Assembly (NCBI GenBank): GCA_000004985.1
Contig: GG738849.1
Length of the DNA: 64,000 nucleotides
Direction: 5' to 3' (one strand)
Source of the DNA: Naegleria gruberi
Lineage: Eukaryota
The position numbers were made by a program, and so were the translations under genes. Shown here in pieces: positions 23,422-34,300 of this stretch. Positions within the stretch are counted from its first letter, which is position 1; every line of letters begins with the position of its first letter. The notes under the pieces are model-generated. The model did no database searches. It saw only the letters and a list, made by a program, of their open reading frames with translations, and had not been told where the DNA came from.

Positions 23422-23675
23422 CTCAGCTTGATTCTAATTGTTATCCAAGCAGCAGCATTCATGGATGATTGTAAAATTTGAGGAACACACTACGGCTCTG
23501 AAATACGATCAATTTCAGAATTTTCATCCGCCTTCGAGCTCCTTTGGATGTGAGAAGTATATTTGTCATTACTGCAAACTACACACCTCAGAAAGATACT
23601 AGAGCAAGAAATGAGCTAAAACATGTGCGACGAGAAAAGCAAGCCAAAAAGAATCTCATCCGCAGAGAAATAAGT

Positions 23676-23683
23676 AAAAAAAA
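23676..23683 (-). terminator. Pol III oligo-T terminator downstream of tRNA-Arg
   Basis: A T8 run on the minus strand lies immediately 3' of the tRNA. Confidence 0.5.
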
Positions 23684-23686
23684 GGA

Positions 23687-23758
23687 TACAAACGATGGGG
23701 CTCGAACCCACGACCCTCGGATTCGAAGTCCGATGCTCTTCCTCTGAGCTACGCCTGC
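23687..23758 (-). tRNA. tRNA-Arg (anticodon TCG)
   Basis: Cloverleaf read on the minus strand: GCAGGCG-TA-GCTC-AGAGGAA-GAGC-A-TCGGA-CTTCGAA-TCCGA-GGGTC-GTGGG-TTCGAGC-CCCAT-CGTTTGT-A. T-loop GGTTCGAGC. The acceptor stem has three G-U pairs. A downstream T8 run is present. Confidence 0.6.
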
Positions 23759-23854
23759 TTCCATTTAATTCTTTAACCAAAGAAAATTGTTTTTAAAGAA
23801 TCCAACATATTTAATAAATCTTTACTATTAAGATAGCAAAAACAAGCAAAAGGC

Positions 23855-23928
23855 TACAGCGAGCGGGGCTTGAACCCGCGACCTTAAGCGTGTTAGGCTT
23901 ACGATCTAACCAACTGATCTATCGCTGC
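23855..23928 (-). tRNA. tRNA-Val (anticodon AAC)
   Basis: GCAGCGA-TA-GATC-AGTTGGTTA-GATC-G-TAAGC-CTAACAC-GCTTA-AGGTC-GCGGG-TTCAAGC-CCCGC-TCGCTGT-A. The cloverleaf is canonical, with D-loop AGTTGGTTA, T-loop TTCAAGC and a G1-U72 pair. Confidence 0.75.
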
Positions 23929-24078
23929 TGCTTACAGTTTTTCAAACCTTAATTAATTACTGGCCTTATATTATATATTAAATCAGAGATAGCATTAATA
24001 CATAATTAAATAATATCCCCAATGAACAGGAAACTGTTGGTAATGTACAACATTTATTTACAAATATAAACAATATGA

Positions 24079-25059
24079 TTAGCAAGAAAAATCAACAATA
24101 TATCTTGGCAATACTTGATTCTTATCATAGAAAACCAATTGATCATCACCAGTTGTGCTAGTTGCAAAAATTGAGTCACACTGATTCAAAATGGACGAAT
24201 TCAATCTTGGTTGAGGTGTGGAGCAGGTTAAATATTTACCAATGGCCACTTCACACAAGACAATTCTTCCCTGACTGTTTTGTGGAATTTTGGAACAATC
24301 GGAGAGGTAGATTCCTTGTCCATAATTTCCATTTTCTAATGAGAAACCATCTGAAACCACACTGTTCAACTGAACAGCTCCTTTGAATTTGAAAGTTGTT
24401 GGAGATTTGGAATCGACAAGTTGAGAATTCTTTACAATGAACGCCTTTCTCAGAGTTGGATTATCAATTTTCTCAATTCTATAAACGTGATGATGACTTC
24501 CCAATTGGGTTTGTAACAATTCTCTAATTGCTGAAAATTCTTGACTCGTTCCAGCAATTTCAACAAGATTATGTCCAGTAAATGAAGCACCAACAGTATT
24601 TCCAGCATACATTGAAAATGGAATGTTTGAATCAAGTTTAGGAGTGGCTGAATTGACCAAAGAACCTTTTCCAGCACAATTACTGCAGGCATAACCTAGT
24701 CCATAACCTTGTGCGCTTCCCTTTCCTTGACATTTAGGGCAAGCAATGTGATTCAATGGTTTGTCTCCACTGCCATTGCAACCAGTGCAATTATATCCTA
24801 AACCATAACCTTGCTGGGTTCCCTTACCACCACATCCGAAACATGCCTGAACTAGTAAAGATTTCTCACCCTTTTGTTTACAGGCAGTGCATGGATTTCC
24901 TAATCCAAAACCTTGTTGAGTTCCCTTACCACCACAACAGAAACATGGTTGCACATTGACAGATTTCTGTCCAGTGCCATTACATGTGGTACATTTATAT
25001 CCTAAACCATTACCTCCACATGCATTTTTTAAAGTTGAGTAATTCTGTGGTACCAACAC
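24079..25059 (-). CDS. DnaJ-type CxxCxGxG zinc-finger repeat protein fused to a PARP-like (mono-ADP-ribosyltransferase-type) catalytic domain
   Basis: The N-terminus has seven CxxCxGxG modules (CTTCNGTG, CFCCGGKG, CTACKQKG, CFGCGGKG, CTGCNGSG, CPKCQGKG, CSNCAGKG) interspersed with QQGYGLGY. The C-terminal region RIEKIDNPTLRKAF...GQGIYLSD...RIVLCEVAIGK...QLVFYDKNQVLPRYIVDF is collinear with PARP10/14-type catalytic domains. The start may be an alternative codon or an unannotated upstream exon. Confidence 0.55.
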   Translation of the reverse strand: MLVPQNYSTLKNACGGNGLGYKCTTCNGTGQKSVNVQPCFCCGGKGTQQGFGLGNPCTACKQKGEKSLLVQACFGCGGKGTQQGYGLGYNCTGCNGSGDKPLNHIACPKCQGKGSAQGYGLGYACSNCAGKGSLVNSATPKLDSNIPFSMYAGNTVGASFTGHNLVEIAGTSQEFSAIRELLQTQLGSHHHVYRIEKIDNPTLRKAFIVKNSQLVDSKSPTTFKFKGAVQLNSVVSDGFSLENGNYGQGIYLSDCSKIPQNSQGRIVLCEVAIGKYLTCSTPQPRLNSSILNQCDSIFATSTTGDDQLVFYDKNQVLPRYIVDFSC

Positions 25060-25307
25060 ACTATGAAATAATCATTCAGGTTGAAAGGTTAAACGATGTT
25101 TTGTTTTACCCGATTGGTTTGTCGATTGAAAGATTGTTACAACCTATATCATTGAAGTAACCTTCTTAGTTGTTATGGAAATGATCCGTTCTTGAAATAT
25201 CCTTTTTGTTGTTGAGATGGTTTTTTAACAGTCCAGAATGTTACAGTTTAGATTTTACATAATTTAAATTTACAGTTAATATTGTAAAAGATTTAGCATA
25301 GTCTTAG

Positions 25308-27062
25308 TTAAATTTTTTCTCGTTGTTCTTCAATAACATCATCTCCGTGCAGATCCTGAATGGAACCATTATTGTAGGCCAGTAATTCAATTTCATCTGA
25401 TTCATTGTGAGGATGATGTTCATTATATTCATCGAATTCATGCCTCATTTTAGATTCTTCCTCTTTCTTGGCATGATATTCCTGTATCTTTTTAGATTCT
25501 TCCTCATTCATCTTTTCGAGAACTTCCTTTCTGATTAAAAACTTTTGGAAATACTTTTTATCCAACTTGACCAACCAGTGATCTTGTTTGTCCAATATGG
25601 TTGGTGGAGCAATTTCTGGTTTCTTAATTTTCATCACCTTCAATAGTGGGAATGTTCCACCACCCAATACCAAGATGGTGAAGAAAACAGTGGCCAATGT
25701 AGTGGTAAATATATACTCTCCATTTCCACCATGACTCTTTAATTGCATTGATAATGCAAAGGCAATAGCTCCACGCAGACCAGCAAACCACATGACGAAT
25801 TGGAATTTGAAACTAATCTTTCCAGTTCTGTACATATTCAATATGCCACTAAGTGGTACAATATTCAAAAATCTTCCCAACAAACACAATAAAATAGTGA
25901 AACAAATTAATGGAATATGCCACTTGTTGTTATCAAAAGCAAATAAGGCAAATCCAACGTAGAGGAATGTAAATGTTTCACAAATCATTGCCAAAGAGTT
26001 TGATGTTGATAGAAGAGCATTGGATGATTGCTCTGATAGATTTGGAACCGAATAGTGTGACATTAAAACACCAGAAATCAATATTGTCATAATGCCAGAT
26101 AAGTATGGCAATGAAACCAGGTAAGAAAAGTAGGCAAGCACAAAGAAAATTGACATTTCCAACTTTGGAGAGTGTCTAAGAGCTCCATATTTGAAAATCA
26201 ATGCTGCAATCACACCAAATATAATTGCAACAAGAACAGAACCAATTGAAACATAACAAAATTGAGCAGCTCCTTTCAGAGTTACAATCAACAAGTCATC
26301 TTTGGTTGCATCTTTAAATTTCTCAAAGGTTTCGTACAGTACAATAGCAACAGCATCATTGACAATACTTTCACCAAAAACCAAATAGTGCAGAGTTGTT
26401 GGAACACCCAAAGCACAGAAAATGGCCAATGTCGCCACAGGATCCACAGCAGAAATGAGAGAACCAAACATCATACATTCAATCAAGGTCAATTGTAAAC
26501 TCAATCCATAATATCCCAAAATATATAATCCACATCCAACTACGACTGAGCTGATAAATGTTCCAAATACTGCATACAATATAATACCTCCAATATTACC
26601 AAAGAATCCACTCTTGTCCATAGTAAATCCAGCATCGAAAATAATGGCAGGTAAGAGGAGTGAGAAGAAAATTCCCGGATCGAGTTGTGTAAATACCTGA
26701 TGATGAATCCATGTCGAAGGAATGGCATACTTGGCAATAACACCAACAATCACACCAATACACAATACACCAATACTTTCCGGAAACCAGGCTATATGAA
26801 AACGATGTAAAAAGTACATGACCACCATCGAAAGAATCAAACAACTCCACAACATGATTAATTGAACACCAGACTCTTTCAAGTTTTCTACACAGAGAGG
26901 ATTTTGTGGTAGATCCGATTTGTCATCCGATGATGTCAACAACATGTTTTGTAGTGTTGGTTGATTTGTGTTGGTTTGCTGTTCACAAATCACACAACCT
27001 GCAACCAGTATTAGCACAATAAGTACCAACCAAATGAATAATTGACTACCTCTCCATACCAT
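25308..27062 (-). CDS. Na+/H+ exchanger (CPA1/NHE family, endosomal Nhx1/NHE6-9-like)
   Basis: NHE signatures are present: FFSLLLPAIIFDAGF and FGESIVNDAVAIVLY. It has about 12 TM helices and a C-terminal hydrophilic tail. Confidence 0.8.
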   Translation of the reverse strand: MVWRGSQLFIWLVLIVLILVAGCVICEQQTNTNQPTLQNMLLTSSDDKSDLPQNPLCVENLKESGVQLIMLWSCLILSMVVMYFLHRFHIAWFPESIGVLCIGVIVGVIAKYAIPSTWIHHQVFTQLDPGIFFSLLLPAIIFDAGFTMDKSGFFGNIGGIILYAVFGTFISSVVVGCGLYILGYYGLSLQLTLIECMMFGSLISAVDPVATLAIFCALGVPTTLHYLVFGESIVNDAVAIVLYETFEKFKDATKDDLLIVTLKGAAQFCYVSIGSVLVAIIFGVIAALIFKYGALRHSPKLEMSIFFVLAYFSYLVSLPYLSGIMTILISGVLMSHYSVPNLSEQSSNALLSTSNSLAMICETFTFLYVGFALFAFDNNKWHIPLICFTILLCLLGRFLNIVPLSGILNMYRTGKISFKFQFVMWFAGLRGAIAFALSMQLKSHGGNGEYIFTTTLATVFFTILVLGGGTFPLLKVMKIKKPEIAPPTILDKQDHWLVKLDKKYFQKFLIRKEVLEKMNEEESKKIQEYHAKKEEESKMRHEFDEYNEHHPHNESDEIELLAYNNGSIQDLHGDDVIEEQREKI

Positions 27063-27227
27063 GATAATATCTTGATATTTTTTTATTGATTCTTAGAAAT
27101 GGATTGTGCTGTCTGTTTTGATTCAATGTTGAATCCATTTCTATTGCCAAAAGTTGATACCGAATTGGTCAACCTATTTACAGAAGAGTGAAAAGACTGG
27201 TGATACGATAATTGTAATTAAGAAGGA

Positions 27228-30059
27228 TTAAATAACAATATCCTTTGCTTTTGGTTTCTTGATGTGTCTCATATTTGCAGAGTTTGTTGAATAAATAACT
27301 GGTGGCATGAAGTAAGGTTTAGGAATACCCAATTCATCATCAGGAATGTAAGCATTTGGCCTCTTAATGGCAGTCGTTCTTGTGATAGTTGAAGGAAGTG
27401 ACGATTCAAATTCAAGTCTCTTCTTTCTATCTGCCATTTGCTCCTTCCATCTTTGTTTGACTTCTTCCTCGTGTGCCCATTCTCTTTCAATTTCCTCTGT
27501 TGGTGGTTCTCCTCGACTCATTCTGTCACGAGCCTCATCTACCATGGATTTTATCTGCTTATTCTCAGCTTCTAATCTCATAGTTTCTGTTCCATAAATT
27601 GACAGCTCTGAAACAGTTGATTTCATCTTGTTTGTAGTTTGCTCGATTTTCTTTTGAATAAAGTTAAGATTGACAGACAAGTCAAATGATTCATCTCTTC
27701 CTTTCATTGCCAATTTTCTTAACTTATCAGATGATTTAGTGATTCCCTTCAGAACAAGATTCTTTTCCATGAGTTGTTCTCTTCTCTGATTGAGTTTTTC
27801 TTCCAAATCTTGAATCTTGTCTTGTAACTCTTCTTCGTTGACAGAGTCTGTTCCAGGCAGCTTCCTCCACCTCTCTAAATTTTCTGGCCTTTCTAATTCT
27901 TCAGATAATTTTTGACCTTGTGTATTAAGTTTTTCAATATCAACCTTCAAATCCTCTTCCACTTTGAGCAATGATTCATACTCTGGAAGATTTTTGAATA
28001 ACACTTCCAACTTTCTCTTTTCCTCTTCCAAATCCAACTTTAGGCCTTTAATTTCCTCATCTCTCTTTCTCATTTCAATTTCACCTTCTTTGATAATTTT
28101 TTCTTGGGCATTTGCTTTTTCATAGAGAATACACAATTCATCGTTTCTGTCGATCAATTGAATACCAGTATAGTTTCTGTCTTGCACACCTCCTTCATAT
28201 TTCTTTTTCAATAGGGCCATTATTTCTTCAGCCAAGTTAATATCAGCATTTAGCTTGTCAATTTCCATGATGAGCTCAAGATTTTGTTCCTCCTTTTGCT
28301 TGGATGCCAATCTCTTTTTACTGAATTCACTAAGCATGCTAGCTTTTGTGGTGACTTCATCTTCAACTTTTCTTTTAACTTGTTTGAGTTCTTCCGATTT
28401 TTGTTGGTTTTGTTTTGTTAAAACCTCAAGTTCATTCTCCAAAATTTTGTTCTTTTCTCTAATTTCAGCATGTGATTGAGCACTGTCTTGAATTGCTTTA
28501 GCGTACTTGTTTCGTTCTCTTTCCATCAATGAGTATGATTGTTGCAAAGCAATGTACTTGTTTTCAATTTCTGTCAAGTTCTTATACAGCTCACCATTTG
28601 AAAAGTGGCAAATTTTGATTTCACCCACAGCTTCCATAAAGTCTCTTTTCTTTTTGGCGGCTTCTCTAGCCTTTCTCTCTCTTGCTGCTTCAAGATTGGA
28701 TATGACCTTATTCATTTCCCCTTCTTGGTCATCAACAACTGCAATTTTGTTTTCTAATTCATCTGTTTCCAGGTTTCTTGTTTTTAATTTTTGAGCCAAG
28801 AACATGTATTCTGCTTCCCCTGTCAGAAGTTCATGAATTAATAAGTCTACATCTCTCTCGATTTCAATTTTCTTCTCCTTGGTAGTTTCCAATTCTGATT
28901 GCAACATTTGCTTTTCTGAAGAAAGTTCCTCCACCATTTTTGTAAGCTTATCAATTGCAGATTTGGTATGTTCAAGTTGGAGTTGAGCATTATATGCATC
29001 TCGACTGTACATGTTTTCTTCGTTTTCTAAACTTTGTTTGTGTTTGATTTCTGTATTTTCCTCTTCAGCAGTAGTTTTTAAAAGTAAGTTCAATCTCACT
29101 CTTTCCAACATTTCCTCCTTTCCGTGGTCTTTCTCGAGTAAAAGTGTTTGCCTCATTCTGTCTATATCCTCTTGAAGTTTAGATGCTCCAATTTTGGCAC
29201 TATCCTCAAGCATGAACATATTATAGTGAATTTGTTCAAAATCTATCTTTTTGGTTTCTATTTCATTAATTTCTCTATCAAGAAGATCAAGTCGGTCAAC
29301 AAGAGACCTCACTTCATCATATGAAGCCTTGCTAGCTTTTCTAACAATTTCGGTCTGTCTCCTTTCTCTTTCTGGTTCTTCCTTTAATCTTTGAAGTGTT
29401 TTTTCCAAATCTCTTCCCTGAGTTTTTAGAGTGTTATCCAAATCATATTTTGAAGCAGCAATATCCTGTTCGAGTTTTATCTTTTTTTCTTCCTCCTTCT
29501 TTTTTCGTTCTTCAATTTCCTTAATTCCTTGTTTCAGCTGTTTGATATTATTTTTACAATTTTCAACAATAGGTCTCTCCTTGGCATTTTGTTGTTCAAT
29601 TAGCTCTCTTTTTTGGTCGTCAAGAATTGCAATTTTTCTTTCGAGTTCAATGACAGATGTCTGTGTGACTGCCTCCGATTCGTTCATAAGAGCAGTTTGA
29701 TTTTCTGCCTTCATTAAATCTTTTTTAAGATCTGCAATGTATTGAGTATTCTCTAGTTTGAGTTTTTCCAATTCTTTAATCTTTCTTTTTTCTTCTAAAA
29801 ACTCCTTGTTGAGTTGTTTACCTTGTTCTGTGATACCTGCTTCCTTTTCCATAGTTTTCAAAAGATAAGACTCCAATTCCAAACCCTTCTTTTTAAAATG
29901 TTTATAATCTTTAGGATCTATTCCTGCTATTCTATCCAGTTCGTTTACTACCCAGTTAGCATCCGAACTGAAAGTTTCCAGAACTGAAGAGCTTGCTGTT
30001 GAATCCGTCACGCCTTCAAAACCTTCCATTTTTTTATAATGTTGTTTGAGATAAAACAC
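27228..30059 (-). CDS. Large coiled-coil protein (about 940 aa; possibly cytoskeleton/cilium-associated, unassigned)
   Basis: Almost entirely heptad-rich E/K/L/Q sequence. The C-terminus ends PKPYFMPPVIY. The likely start is the Met at 30029 (MEGFEG). I recognise no catalytic motif. Confidence 0.45.
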   Translation of the reverse strand: MFYLKQHYKKMEGFEGVTDSTASSSVLETFSSDANWVVNELDRIAGIDPKDYKHFKKKGLELESYLLKTMEKEAGITEQGKQLNKEFLEEKRKIKELEKLKLENTQYIADLKKDLMKAENQTALMNESEAVTQTSVIELERKIAILDDQKRELIEQQNAKERPIVENCKNNIKQLKQGIKEIEERKKKEEEKKIKLEQDIAASKYDLDNTLKTQGRDLEKTLQRLKEEPERERRQTEIVRKASKASYDEVRSLVDRLDLLDREINEIETKKIDFEQIHYNMFMLEDSAKIGASKLQEDIDRMRQTLLLEKDHGKEEMLERVRLNLLLKTTAEEENTEIKHKQSLENEENMYSRDAYNAQLQLEHTKSAIDKLTKMVEELSSEKQMLQSELETTKEKKIEIERDVDLLIHELLTGEAEYMFLAQKLKTRNLETDELENKIAVVDDQEGEMNKVISNLEAARERKAREAAKKKRDFMEAVGEIKICHFSNGELYKNLTEIENKYIALQQSYSLMERERNKYAKAIQDSAQSHAEIREKNKILENELEVLTKQNQQKSEELKQVKRKVEDEVTTKASMLSEFSKKRLASKQKEEQNLELIMEIDKLNADINLAEEIMALLKKKYEGGVQDRNYTGIQLIDRNDELCILYEKANAQEKIIKEGEIEMRKRDEEIKGLKLDLEEEKRKLEVLFKNLPEYESLLKVEEDLKVDIEKLNTQGQKLSEELERPENLERWRKLPGTDSVNEEELQDKIQDLEEKLNQRREQLMEKNLVLKGITKSSDKLRKLAMKGRDESFDLSVNLNFIQKKIEQTTNKMKSTVSELSIYGTETMRLEAENKQIKSMVDEARDRMSRGEPPTEEIEREWAHEEEVKQRWKEQMADRKKRLEFESSLPSTITRTTAIKRPNAYIPDDELGIPKPYFMPPVIYSTNSANMRHIKKPKAKDIVI

Positions 30060-30103
30060 TACAAAAACGGCGGGAAAAAGAAAACAAAACTAAAAAGTTC
30101 AAC

Positions 30104-30176
30104 CGCCCCACGTGGGGCTCGAACCCACGACCGTTGGATTAAAAGTCCAACGCTCTACCGACTGAGCTAGCAGGGC
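30104..30176 (-). tRNA. tRNA-Lys (anticodon TTT)
   Basis: GCCCTGC-TA-GCTC-AGTCGGTA-GAGC-G-TTGGA-CTTTTAA-TCCAA-CGGTC-GTGGG-TTCGAGC-CCCAC-GTGGGGC-G. Close to canonical eukaryotic tRNA-Lys(UUU). The acceptor has two G-U pairs. Confidence 0.65.
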
Positions 30177-30386
30177 TGCTCGGATATGTTTATTTTATTT
30201 CCAACATGACAATAAGTAATACCGATTATTTGTCAGGTTATTAAAAGTAAATATTTTCAGATCTTGATTCATAGGTTAATCAAACAGTTTTGATGGTGGT
30301 TTTTTTCTTCCTTGTTTTTATGAGAGGAATGAAAGATAAAAATAACTCTGTATGAAAAATACAATTAAAAAAAATAATACATCATC

Positions 30387-31166
30387 ATGTCCCGTTACGA
30401 TAGAGCCATCACAGTCTTTTCTCCAAATGGTCACCTTTTCCAAGTTGAATATGCTATGGAAGCTGTGAGAAAAGGTAGTACTGCTGTGGGTGTTAGAGGA
30501 ACAGATATTGTTGTTTTGGCTGTAGAAAGAAAAACTGCTGCCAAGTTGCAAGAAACACGTTCCGTAAGAAAAATTGTAAAAATCGATGATCATTGTGCAT
30601 TGGCTTTTGCTGGTTTGACTGCTGATGCTCGTGTTTTGATTAACAAGGCAAGATTGCATGCTCAAAGCTATGCTTTACAATTTGAAGATCAAGTATCTAT
30701 TGACTACATTACACGATATATTGCTCAAGTTCAACAAAAATACACTCAAAGTGGTGGTGTCCGTCCATTTGGTATCAGTACTTTGATCGCTGGTTTTGAA
30801 CCAAACGGAACTCCTACCTTATCACAAACTGATCCTTCAGGTACATTCTCTTCATGGAAAGCTAACACTTGTGGAAGAAACTCAAAAACTGTCAGAGAAT
30901 TCCTTGAAAAGAACTATGATACTGATATTTTAGGAACTGAAAGTACTCAATCTAGTGAAGAAAGAACTGTTAAACTTGCCATCAAGGCTCTTCTTGAAGT
31001 TGTGGAAAGTGGAAGCAAGAACATTGAAGTTGCTGTTTTAAAGTTTAAGGAACCTCTTCGTTTTTTGGGCGATGATGAAGTCGGAAAGTATGTTGAGGAA
31101 ATTGAAGCTCAAAAGAAGCTTGAAGAAGAAACCAAGAAGCAAAAGAAGTCATCCCAACAACAATAA
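30387..31166 (+). CDS. PSMA7: Proteasome subunit alpha type-7 (alpha-4)
   Basis: [38 protein letters not shown]...[12 protein letters not shown]...[22 protein letters not shown] is near-collinear with the PSMA7/PRE6 family. A K/E-rich C-tail follows. Confidence 0.9.
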   Translation: MSRYDRAITVFSPNGHLFQVEYAMEAVRKGSTAVGVRGTDIVVLAVERKTAAKLQETRSVRKIVKIDDHCALAFAGLTADARVLINKARLHAQSYALQFEDQVSIDYITRYIAQVQQKYTQSGGVRPFGISTLIAGFEPNGTPTLSQTDPSGTFSSWKANTCGRNSKTVREFLEKNYDTDILGTESTQSSEERTVKLAIKALLEVVESGSKNIEVAVLKFKEPLRFLGDDEVGKYVEEIEAQKKLEEETKKQKKSSQQQ

Positions 31167-31352
31167 GTTGTACATAACATGTATTATATCCTCAATTAAA
31201 CAAATTATGAAATTTAAATTATCTCAAGTTACTTTTTTATTTGTTTACATATTTTTTATTTTTGCAAATTTCTTTGTGGAAATAATCTCTGTAAATGTTG
31301 GCATAAGAGCTTAAATTTAAAAACTGGTAGAAATTAAAAAAGTAGACCATTT

Positions 31353-34300
31353 TTATTCATCTGAATCAATCAAAAGATGGGCTTCTCCAATGCCAAGTTC
31401 CTTACTCACAATCTTGAACATTTCCAACAAAACTGCCGAGATGGATTCTTTGTTACTATTGTAGGAAATAAACTCGCACAAAACTGGGAATAATCTCACA
31501 ACCAATCCTTGATATCCATTCAAAGCTAGTGATTGATTTTCAGAAAGTTCAGATAACTTATTAAGCTCAGAGTACAGTAAAGGATTTACCCTGATAGATT
31601 TGAGTTCAATGAGTGTATTGTACAATTCTTGTCTTCTGTGTTTTGGCAGAGGGCAATTACCACTTCTCTTATCATCTTGAATGAATTGATTCAAAATGGA
31701 TTTGCATCGCTTGAATAAAATTGGTAAAACAAATCTTCCCAAATCTACTTCATTACGTTCAGTCTCTGTCAAATCTTCTTCTTTAGAAGAAACATTTTCC
31801 AACTTTTGTGTGGCATTGGAAACAAAGTAGAAGAGTGTTTTGAGAGAATGTTTGGCAACCTTCTTTGGGGCTAAATGTGTTGCCTTCTCCAATATCATGA
31901 GCAATCTCTTTTTAACTGTGGTGGCATCAATGTGTACTAAAACAAATTTAGAAATGAGTTCTGTCAGTAAAATACTTTCATCAGTTTCCTCTTCAGTTTC
32001 AGCATTATCCTCTTCACTACTGCTATCCTCATATTCCTCATCCTCGTCTGTTGATTCAATATAACTTTCATGGAATAGGAATTCTTCAATAGCGATACAC
32101 AAATCTTTCCATGTTTCCTCATCAACATCTTTAACAAAACTGTCTTCTGGAGAAATAACACAAGCCTTAACGACATTTTCTAAACCCTTGATGGAGGATT
32201 TCCATAAAAAGTAGCTCTTTTGATTGGATTGTTTGACAAACTTGGTTTGAATCATATCGCCCAATAACTGAATAGTTTGCTTAAAAAGCTTTTGTCTAAC
32301 AGCTGTAGGAGCTTGCAAACAACAACACTCAAGCAAAGTTTTTTGAAGTAAAACAGCATACTTGACAGGTGTCTCTATTTGTCCCTTTCTAATTGAATTC
32401 TTAGAAGGAAGATGATTGCTTAAAATATCAAAAATGTATTCTCTAGTTTCGTCAGAGAATGAACTAATTTTACAAACCAAATCCATACAAGATCTTTGCA
32501 CGGCAGATGGGAATATTATTACATTTACAGCTGCAGGACAAACTAGAAATTGGTCAATAAGATAATTAATAACATTTCTAATATCCTCTTGAGTGAAGAT
32601 ACTTTCACCTCCATTTTGTTGTTGTTCATATAATTTTCCAATACCATCTAATAGTTGAGTTATTGTATCCACATTTACAAATGATTCTTTCTTATCATTA
32701 GTGACATACTTGGAAAAATCTGCAAGTGTATGCCAAATTTCCCAAGCACCCTTCCACAGATTTTGCTTAATTTTACCTCTTGTACAGCTGATCATATCGT
32801 ATAGATTTTTAACAGCTGTCATGGCAATTTCTGATGTTTTGGAGAGGACAGACTTGTGAATAAATAATGTAATATCGTTGCATGCCTTATCAACAAATAA
32901 TGGAATTTCAGAAAGGATAGTTTTTCCGTGTTCACAAACAACTCTAGATACGAAATCAATTACCAAGGCTCTTGTTTCGCTCCATTGTTTAGCGGCAGTA
33001 TTTCTTGTGTGGTGAACAACAATTTGTTTCTTCTTTTTCTTTGAATCATCTGACTCAATTTGAGCATCTTTTCCTGCTGTTGGGAGCTCAAAATCTTCTA
33101 AACTGGTCTCAGCAGAGGTAGCAGCTTCGTGTGTCATGTCGAGAATCTTCAAGAGAATGTCAGAAATACACTTTTCCCATGTCTTTTTGATGAGTTGATC
33201 TCCTTGTGAAACCATTACAAATGATAGGATTTTAAGGGAAGAGTTTCTAACGTCAGGTCTAGAGTCTACAGTTGCTTCTCTGAGCTGCTCATAAAGAGTC
33301 AACCACAATTCATCAACTCTACTCAAATCACCTTCATTTTCTCCTGCCTCTTTATCATCTTTGTAAGTGTCTTGATTCTTTACTTTTGGATATCTGTCAG
33401 TTAAAAATTCAGCACTACTCATAAATAAATTGATGGCAACAAAACTTAAATTCAAGTCTGAGGCATCTCTTTGTTTGACATATGCACTGATTACAGTGAA
33501 AAACTCTGTAAGACATTCAAATCCTAATGTTGGTAAATATTCTTTGGAGGCTATGGATTGTACGCACTTGAAACCAAGTGGAATTAATTTGGCTCTATTT
33601 ACAGTGCTATTTGCTGACTTCTTTTTCGAGGTAGGAAGAGCAGCACATTCTTTTAACAATGGAAGCAAAACAGTCCAGGCTGTAGTGAGCTTGTGGCCAC
33701 ATTTACCAATAAGACTGTTAAGAGTTGTCAAAAGTTGTTCTCTTGTTTCCATATAATCACATGATGATTGGAAAATATCCATGAAAATAGTAAACACAAT
33801 TCTTTCCAAATCTGGAGATACTATCTCATTACTTTCCAATTCTCCGTCCTTGTTTCCAAATCTTACGCTATATTTGTTATTCTCAGGTCTATACATTGAG
33901 ATGATAACTTCATAAACGAAATTAATAGATGATTTACGAGTATGTTCATTTTCATTCTCTACCAACCATAGAATGTGAGAGGAAAACAGAGGCCATGTTT
34001 TCTCTACCCTATTCATATTGACTTGAACAGTTTCCAAAATTTTTTGTGCTGCAAATAATCTACTTTCACCAAGGAGGGCATTATTGGTTGTATCTTGTGA
34101 CAATCTGCACAATGACTTCAACATTACAAGAACAGATTCATCACTCAAGTGAGAGGTACTCATGAATAAATTTTGTAAAGCTGCAAACAAAATATTTAAA
34201 TCTTCTTGTTCACTTTCTGGTGCTGATGTGAAAGGCATTCTTTGGTTGAGTAGCTTATCAATTACCAAGAAATTCTTAAGCAACAAGTACCAACTGCTCC

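Noticed and set aside
30104-30130. Palindromic ccccacgtgggg at the 3' end of tRNA-Lys as a separate regulatory hairpin
   Set aside because: It is explained by the tRNA T-stem (CCCAC) base-pairing region abutting the acceptor 3' strand (GTGGGG). It is not an independent element.
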